From Candidatus Saccharimonadota bacterium (GTDB taxonomy: Bacteria > Bacteroidota > Bacteroidia > Cytophagales > Amoebophilaceae), in assembly GCF_936981045.1 (NCBI RefSeq), contig NZ_OW441264.1, positions 900,001 to 932,000 on the forward strand: a stretch of DNA of 32,000 nt, given 5' to 3'. This document shows, one piece after another, positions 26,794-32,000 of the stretch. Position numbers and translations under genes: made by a program. The notes beneath the pieces are model-generated. The model saw only the letters and a list, made by a program, of their open reading frames with translations, ran no database searches and had not been told where the DNA came from. The first letter of the stretch is position 1, and every line of letters begins with the position of its first letter.

Positions 26794-27525
26794 TTATTCT
26801 ACTTGCTCTGTATATTGTAAGGCTTGCTGGGCGGCCATTTGTTCAGCACATTTTTTGGTTCTACCCGTCCCCTCTCCCATAACTTTTGCATCTATAAGCA
26901 CCTGAGCGGTAAATTCTTTATAGTGCTCATACTGTTTTTCCTCAAGGATCCTAAAAATTACTTGACGGTGGTGTTTATGTGCCCATTGAATGATCCTACT
27001 CTTAAAGTTGGTATCATGCTCTATAAGCTCCTTGAGGCTTATATAATTGACTATAAGACGCTCAATAACAAATTTTTGACAGCGGTCATAACCATGATCT
27101 AAGTAAACAGCCCCAATAAGCGCCTCTAATGCATTGCCATAAATAAATTTATGGCCACTGCGTTTTACAAGATTCGTATCGTAATGCAATAACTTATCTA
27201 AATGAATTTTACGTGCCAATCCATTTAAGGAATCCCTATTGACCAACCTTGATCGTATGTCTGTTAAAAAACCCTCTTCTTTTAAGGGATACCTCTTAAA
27301 GAGGTAATCTGCAACAATCGCAGATAATATAGCATCTCCTAGAAATTCGAGTCGTTCATTGGAGGTATATCCTTCTTCTATAGAGCTATGTTGAAGGGCT
27401 ACCTTATATAAAGCTAGATTTAAAGGAATCATTCCAGTAACAGTTCTTACAAAAGAGACTAATTGTTGCGTATCAGAATCTCGCTTTTTAAAAAAATACT
27501 GGAGTAAATTTAGAAGCCTTCCCAT
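26794..27525 (-). CDS. rnc: Ribonuclease III
   Basis: RNase III signature NERLEFLGDAIL, a second acidic motif (GNALEALIGAVYLD) and a C-terminal dsRNA-binding domain (GEGTGRTKKCAEQMAAQQAL). The start overlaps the fabF stop. Confidence 0.9.
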   Translation of the reverse strand: MGRLLNLLQYFFKKRDSDTQQLVSFVRTVTGMIPLNLALYKVALQHSSIEEGYTSNERLEFLGDAILSAIVADYLFKRYPLKEEGFLTDIRSRLVNRDSLNGLARKIHLDKLLHYDTNLVKRSGHKFIYGNALEALIGAVYLDHGYDRCQKFVIERLIVNYISLKELIEHDTNFKSRIIQWAHKHHRQVIFRILEEKQYEHYKEFTAQVLIDAKVMGEGTGRTKKCAEQMAAQQALQYTEQVE

Positions 27526-28760
27526 CTTTTGAAGATTATAGAAACATTATGCCCACCAAAACCAAAGGCATTGTTTTGCGCAAATACAACAGATCTTGCT
27601 TCTGCCTTGTGTAACGTCAGATTGATCCGTGGATCAATGGCCTCATCTAATACCTTATGGTTAATCGTTGGAGGCACCACCTGATGTAACAATGCTAAAA
27701 CAGTGGCAATAGACTCTATAGCGCCCGCTGCACCCAGCAAATGACCAGTCATTGACTTGGTCGAGCTAATATTTAACTTATAAACATGGGCACCAAATAC
27801 ATGCTGAATGGCCTCTATCTCATTGATATCGCCCAATGGGGTGCCGGTTCCATGGGCATTAATGTAGTCTATACAATCTGGTGAAAGCCCGGCACTGATT
27901 AATGCGCGTTGCAATGCTAAAATTACGCCTCCCATATCTGGTGCGGTAATATGATGGGCATCTGCAGACATCCCTACACCTACTATTTCGGCGTAAATTT
28001 TGGCCTTTCTTTGTTGAGCATGCGCACAAGATTCAAGGACTAAAGCACCTGCTCCTTCTCCCATCACAAAGCCATCCCTTGTCTTATCAAAGGGACGTGA
28101 AGCGGTTGGGTAGTCTGCATTGCGCGTAGAGAGGGCCTTTAATGCATTAAATCCAGCCATACCTATTTGAATAATAGGTGCCTCTGAGCCACCTGCTACC
28201 ACTACATCTGCATCGCCTAATTTAATCAACTGAAACGCAGCCACTATAGCATTTACTGCAGAAGCACATGCGGCTACTGTGGCAAAGTTGGGTCCCTTAA
28301 ATCCATATTTAATGGACAGGTGACCAGAAGGGATATTTGGTATAATCTTGGGAATAAAAAAAGGGTTGATTTTCGGATCCATACCATTTCCAGCAAGCTC
28401 CAAAACGGTTTCTTCTGTAGTACCTAAACCGCCTATGCCAGAGCCCCACACAACGCCTACGCGTTCTTTATCTACTAAAGAGGTGGTTAATGCGGCATCC
28501 TGTATGGCTTCATCCCCAGCTACCATCGCATACTGGGTAAATGGATCCATCCGCCTGATATCTTTTGCATCAAGGTAGTTATGGGGATCATAGCCTTTTA
28601 AGGTACAAGCAAACTTAGTTTTATGCTGAGCCGTATTAAACCTAGTGATGAGCTCCGCACCACTTTGACCGGAGACCAACCCCTTCCAGTATGCCTCAAC
28701 ATTACTGCCAATGGGCGTAAGGGCACCTAATCCTGTAATAACTACTCTTGTTGGTAACAT
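27510..28760 (-). CDS. fabF: 3-oxoacyl-ACP synthase II
   Basis: 416 aa with the active-site Cys context NFATVAACASA and His motifs (DAHHITAP; INAHGTGTPLGD). The C-terminal GHLLGAAG and NAFGFGGHN motifs are also present. Confidence 0.9.
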   Translation of the reverse strand: MLPTRVVITGLGALTPIGSNVEAYWKGLVSGQSGAELITRFNTAQHKTKFACTLKGYDPHNYLDAKDIRRMDPFTQYAMVAGDEAIQDAALTTSLVDKERVGVVWGSGIGGLGTTEETVLELAGNGMDPKINPFFIPKIIPNIPSGHLSIKYGFKGPNFATVAACASAVNAIVAAFQLIKLGDADVVVAGGSEAPIIQIGMAGFNALKALSTRNADYPTASRPFDKTRDGFVMGEGAGALVLESCAHAQQRKAKIYAEIVGVGMSADAHHITAPDMGGVILALQRALISAGLSPDCIDYINAHGTGTPLGDINEIEAIQHVFGAHVYKLNISSTKSMTGHLLGAAGAIESIATVLALLHQVVPPTINHKVLDEAIDPRINLTLHKAEARSVVFAQNNAFGFGGHNVSIIFKRWEGF

Positions 28761-28772
28761 AAAAAAGGTGAG

Positions 28773-29027
28773 CTAAGCCTTACGTTGTGCCAAAGCCTTT
28801 TCTAAATAATCTACCACACTACCCACGGTTTGTAGATTGGTCGCTTCATCATCCTTAATGAATACATTAAATTTTTTTTCAAGCTCCAAGACCAACTCTA
28901 CTTGGTCTAGAGAATCAGCACCTAAGTTATTTACAAAATGTGCTGTAGGCAAAACCTCTTGAGCTGAAACATTGAGCTTATCAACAACAATGGCTACTAC
29001 TTGAGCCATAATATTTTCCTTATTCAT
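28773..29027 (-). CDS. acpP: Acyl carrier protein
   Basis: 84 aa with the phosphopantetheine attachment motif LGADSLDQVELV, directly upstream of fabF. Confidence 0.9.
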   Translation of the reverse strand: MNKENIMAQVVAIVVDKLNVSAQEVLPTAHFVNNLGADSLDQVELVLELEKKFNVFIKDDEATNLQTVGSVVDYLEKALAQRKA

Positions 29028-29135
29028 TAATTAACTATTTTTTGATCGAAATGAATTTAATTGTAAGATTACCACGCAACTACCGAATATCGAGGCGGAT
29101 CCATACGGGAAGATTGCACTAACCGCAGTGATTAA

Positions 29136-29375
29136 ACGTGTGTTCGGGATTTATTTGACTGATTTACAACAATTTAATATCAATTATTTAGTTAATATTT
29201 GCACCTATTTAACAAGTTTTTATATCTAATTTTATAAATATAATATATATAATAAACTGATTATCAGAATTATTTGTTATTCAACTACCTATTTAACTGT
29301 CTATAAAACAAATTTTATAAACTTTTATTAATATTGATTATCAAATGAAAAAATAATCTAATCCCGAACTCACGT
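29136..29375 (+). mobile_element. MITE copy 4 (240 bp), inserted in the 3' end of rpsP
   Basis: The ends are acgtgTgttcgggatt and aatcccgaactcacgt. The 5-bp direct repeat is ATTAA (29131..29135 and 29376..29380). The rpsP stop codon (29370..29372) lies inside the right repeat. Confidence 0.9.
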
Positions 29376-29723
29376 ATTAAGCATTTTTTTTGCCCGATCT
29401 GCCTTCCAATTAGCAAATTTTTCATCCGCCTGCTCTTGAGTGATGGCCCCCTTTATGACGCCTACTTGAAGATACTTTTTAAGCATAACACCTTGTTTGG
29501 ACAAAAGGGTTCTAACGGTATCGGTAGGCTGTGCACCCTGAAAAAGCCATTTCAATGCGTTGGTTTCATTAAGTTTAACCGTTGCAGGTGCTGTGTTGGG
29601 ATTATAGCTCCCAATTTTTTCTATAAAACGACCATCTCGTGGCGATCTTGCATCAGCTATAATGATGTCATATTCTGCTAGATGCCTTCTGCCGCATCTA
29701 GCTAATCTTATTTTTACAGCCAT
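29370..29723 (-). CDS. rpsP: 30S ribosomal protein S16 (C-terminus remodelled by MITE)
   Basis: [42 protein letters not shown] is a canonical bS16 N-terminus. The last sense codon and the stop are MITE-derived. Confidence 0.9.
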   Translation of the reverse strand: MAVKIRLARCGRRHLAEYDIIIADARSPRDGRFIEKIGSYNPNTAPATVKLNETNALKWLFQGAQPTDTVRTLLSKQGVMLKKYLQVGVIKGAITQEQADEKFANWKADRAKKMLNT

Positions 29724-29813
29724 AGTATTACCTTTCTAGCAAATCTAGTTTGCAAATAGTTAATGGATTATTTTTTTGCCTATTATTAGGAACAGGTGTG
29801 TAACAGCAATAGA

Positions 29814-30065
29814 CTATAGACCATCTATCGAAACAACAGACCGCATACGCTTCTTTTTAAAGATAACCACGCCATCCGTTAAGGCAAATAAAGTATGATC
29901 CCTACCTAAGCCAACATTTTTACCAGGATAATAACGGGTACCCCTTTGCCTGACAATGATATGACCAGGTATTACCGCTTCTCCACCATATTTTTTTATA
30001 CCGAGCCGCTTACTTTCTGAATCTCTTCCGTTACGGGAGCTACCGGCTCCCTTCTTATGTGCCAT
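29814..30065 (-). CDS. rpmA: 50S ribosomal protein L27
   Basis: [29 protein letters not shown]...IIVRQRGT is a canonical bL27 sequence. Confidence 0.95.
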   Translation of the reverse strand: MAHKKGAGSSRNGRDSESKRLGIKKYGGEAVIPGHIIVRQRGTRYYPGKNVGLGRDHTLFALTDGVVIFKKKRMRSVVSIDGL

Positions 30066-30074
30066 GTTATTATA

Positions 30075-30389
30075 TTAGTTTGTAATATCTTCAATAACAA
30101 TCCGCGTGTGATCTTGACGATGCCCTCGCTTTACTTTGTATCCATTTCGTCTTTTTTTCTTAAAGACGATGATTTTGTTTGCCTTGGTATGTTCCAATAC
30201 CTTGGCTTTGACCGTTACCCCATTTAGCGTAGGTGCACCAACGGTCACCGCTCCCGCTTCATCATCTAAAAGTAAAACTTTATCAAAAGTGAGCAAAGCA
30301 CCCACCTCACTTTGCAATTTAGGGGTGTAAAGCCACTGCTCTTTGGAAATTTTAAATTGTTTCCCAGCTATTTCTACAATTGCATACAT
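30075..30389 (-). CDS. rplU: 50S ribosomal protein L21
   Basis: MYAIVEIAGKQFKISKEQ...KKKRRNGYKVKRGHRQ is a canonical bL21 sequence, upstream of rpmA as in most bacteria. Confidence 0.95.
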   Translation of the reverse strand: MYAIVEIAGKQFKISKEQWLYTPKLQSEVGALLTFDKVLLLDDEAGAVTVGAPTLNGVTVKAKVLEHTKANKIIVFKKKRRNGYKVKRGHRQDHTRIVIEDITN

Positions 30390-30514
30390 ATATTTCTATA
30401 AGCTAAAGAATCATAACCCCTTCTAAATTAGGGGGGATAAACCTTAACAAACTTAAGCTTTTTTCTATAAAATAAAAAAAATGACTGGCCGATATTATCT
30501 TTTGTACTTTTTTA

Positions 30515-30562
30515 GGTTCTGTCGCGTCTATTATACTGGACTGAAAAATTCGGACAAAAAAG
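30515..30562 (-). mobile_element. 48-bp solo IS6-type end ('X'), left copy
   Basis: ggttctgtcgcgtctattatactggactgaaaaattcggacaaaaaag is the exact reverse complement of 31862..31909. The repeat is IS6-type but the interior matches neither the A nor the B ends. Confidence 0.75.
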
Positions 30563-31028
30563 GGTTCTGTCGCGTCTATATTTTCGTTAGTATAGGTTTT
30601 TCGTTTAAGTCAAATTTTGGATATTATGCGGCCATTAAGATAGCAAAGTTCTCAAAAGTAGAAAGATGATTTTTAGCTCCTCTTACTTGTCCTTTTTGAA
30701 TCATACGAATGTTTTCTATCCCTGAAATAGTAATGGAAGCAGAATAAAAATTCTTAAAACCCAGCATAGGTTTTATCCGTTTTTTGATAAACCTATGATC
30801 TTGTTCAACTCTATTATTCAAATATTTGTTTTGAAATATTTGAATGGTATGATCTTGATCAAGATCTGTATTGATCGCATCAAGGGCAGCTTTATTACTA
30901 CCGCTTTTGTCAATTACTACTTTCTTAGGAATATTATTTTCTGTGATCGCCTTGCGAAAAAAAGAAAGCGTTGAAGACTTGTCTCTATGATCAGATAGAA
31001 AAAAGTCAACTGTATCACCATAACGATC
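30563..31028 (-). mobile_element. Type-A IS6, 3' 466 bp only (truncated copy), inverted relative to A5
   Basis: Starts with the right repeat at 30563 and contains the transposase C-terminal coding part (ORF 30624..30821 and upstream open frame). It stops at ...ccataacgatc, exactly where the A5 left repeat begins (31029). Confidence 0.9.
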
Positions 31029-31861
31029 GGTTCTGTCGCGTTTATTCTAAAAAATGATTATTTTAGTATCGGTATTTAAAAAAGTAGTTATTATGTTTAA
31101 TATTTCTCCCGAGTTATTACCATATTTTAAAGGTTATTGTTCTTCATCAGAAGTCATCCTGTTATTTGTATACATGAAGTGTCGTTTTTCCTTGAGCTAT
31201 AGAGATTTGGAAGAGATGATGCGTATGAGAGGCGCAAGAGTTGATCATTCTACGCTACAGAGATGGGTTATTAAGTTTGTTCCTCTGATAGATAAAGCAG
31301 TAAGAAAAAGAAAACGACCAGTTGGTAGTAGTTGGAAAATGGATGAAACCTATGTTAAACTAAACGGGAAGTGGATCTATTTATATAGAGCAGTAGATCG
31401 TTATGGTGATACAGTTGACTTTTTTCTATCTGATCATAGAGACAAGTCTTCAACGCTTTCTTTTTTTCGCAAGGCGATCACAGAAAATAATATTCCTAAG
31501 AAAGTAGTAATTGACAAAAGCGGTAGTAATAAAGCTGCCCTTGATGCGATCAATACAGATCTTGATCAAGATCATACCATTCAAATATTTCAAAACAAAT
31601 ATTTGAATAATAGAGTTGAACAAGATCATAGGTTTATCAAAAAACGGATAAAACCTATGCTGGGTTTTAAGAATTTTTATTCTGCTTCCATTACTATTTC
31701 AGGGATAGAAAACATTCGTATGATTCAAAAAGGACAAGTAAGAGGAACTAAAAATCATCTTTCTACTTTTGAGAACTTTGCTATCTTAATGGCCGCATAA
31801 TATCCAAAATTTGACTTAAACGAAAAACCTATACTAACGAAAATATAGACGCGACAGAACC
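31029..31861 (+). mobile_element. IS6-family IS, type A, copy A5 (833 bp)
   Basis: Terminal repeats at 31029 and 31850..31861. The right end is the variant ctatactaacgaaaatatagacgcg, shared with the truncated inverted copy. Confidence 0.95.
31054..31800 (+). CDS. IS6-family DDE transposase (copy A5)
   Basis: 248-aa ORF, near-identical to the other type-A copies (PVG, QIFQ and RGTK variants). Confidence 0.9.
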   Translation: MIILVSVFKKVVIMFNISPELLPYFKGYCSSSEVILLFVYMKCRFSLSYRDLEEMMRMRGARVDHSTLQRWVIKFVPLIDKAVRKRKRPVGSSWKMDETYVKLNGKWIYLYRAVDRYGDTVDFFLSDHRDKSSTLSFFRKAITENNIPKKVVIDKSGSNKAALDAINTDLDQDHTIQIFQNKYLNNRVEQDHRFIKKRIKPMLGFKNFYSASITISGIENIRMIQKGQVRGTKNHLSTFENFAILMAA

Positions 31862-31909
31862 CTTTTTTGTCCGAATTTTTCAGTCCAGTATAATAGACGC
31901 GACAGAACC
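31862..31909 (+). mobile_element. 48-bp solo IS6-type end ('X'), right copy
   Basis: Reverse complement of 30515..30562, ending in CGCGACAGAACC at 31909. Confidence 0.75.
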
Positions 31910-32000
31910 CTTTAAAGCCACCAAGAAAGAACGCAATGCACGTAATCGTTGAACAACCTCTTCTGGCGTAATGGTAAGCGTATTACCATGTTTCTGAATC

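Noticed and set aside
822-30330. Antisense or alternate-frame ORFs inside real genes: 822..1025, 2769..3050, 2906..3187, 5150..5344, 5368..5556, 7935..8138, 10454..10651, 11007..11237, 12942..13184, 21160..21363, 22622..22837, 24778..24969, 26824..27102, 28348..28578, 29436..29681, 30136..30330
   Set aside because: Each lies wholly within a longer ORF that has clear family motifs. They are short, have odd composition and show no recognisable domains.
30481-30669. 62-aa ORF spanning the rplU upstream region and two IS6 ends
   Set aside because: It reads through two terminal inverted repeats and the non-coding IS right end, so it is an artefact of AT-rich repeat sequence.
31910-32000. Possible 3' end of a minus-strand gene running into the right-hand X fragment (IQKHGNTLTITPEEVVQRLRALRSFLVALK...)
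   Set aside because: Only about 30 codons are visible, two minus-strand frames are open, and no motif is recognisable. This is too short to call.

Overview
AT-rich bacterial chromosome segment. Gene content and order look Bacteroidota-like: acpP-fabF-rnc, rplU-rpmA, bamD-rpoZ, a fused secDF, OstA/LptA-like and PnuC-like genes. By my coordinate arithmetic about 12.5 kb (roughly 40%) is mobile DNA. That level of IS saturation resembles obligate intracellular Amoebophilaceae-type symbionts (Candidatus Amoebophilus or Cardinium); this is an inference, not verified. The dominant element is an 833-bp IS6-family IS ('type A', terminal repeat GGTTCTGTCGCG). It occurs as five intact, near-identical copies plus one truncated copy. 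A related degenerate lineage ('type B') is present only as pseudogene copies and solo ends. The window also holds a truncated group II intron, an IS982-family element, an IS256-family pseudogene plus a remnant, an IS481-like fragment, and a ~240-bp MITE family (3 complete copies and 1 partial) whose ends match the IS982 inverted repeats. Housekeeping ORFs (mgtE, a 2-oxoacid dehydrogenase E2, rng, secDF, an MFS transporter, rpoZ, bamD, rnc, fabF, acpP, rpsP, rpmA, rplU) all appear intact. I found no CRISPR array, rRNA, tRNA or recognisable defence or toxin system. The noteworthy biology is how the mobile elements are arranged: a five-deep nest at 20.4-26.7 kb, a head-to-tail stack of solo IS ends, a 514-bp snap-back inverted duplication, an IS end fused directly to the secDF start codon, a MITE that supplies the stop codon of rpsP, and an uncalled 31-codon bS22-like basic peptide gene.
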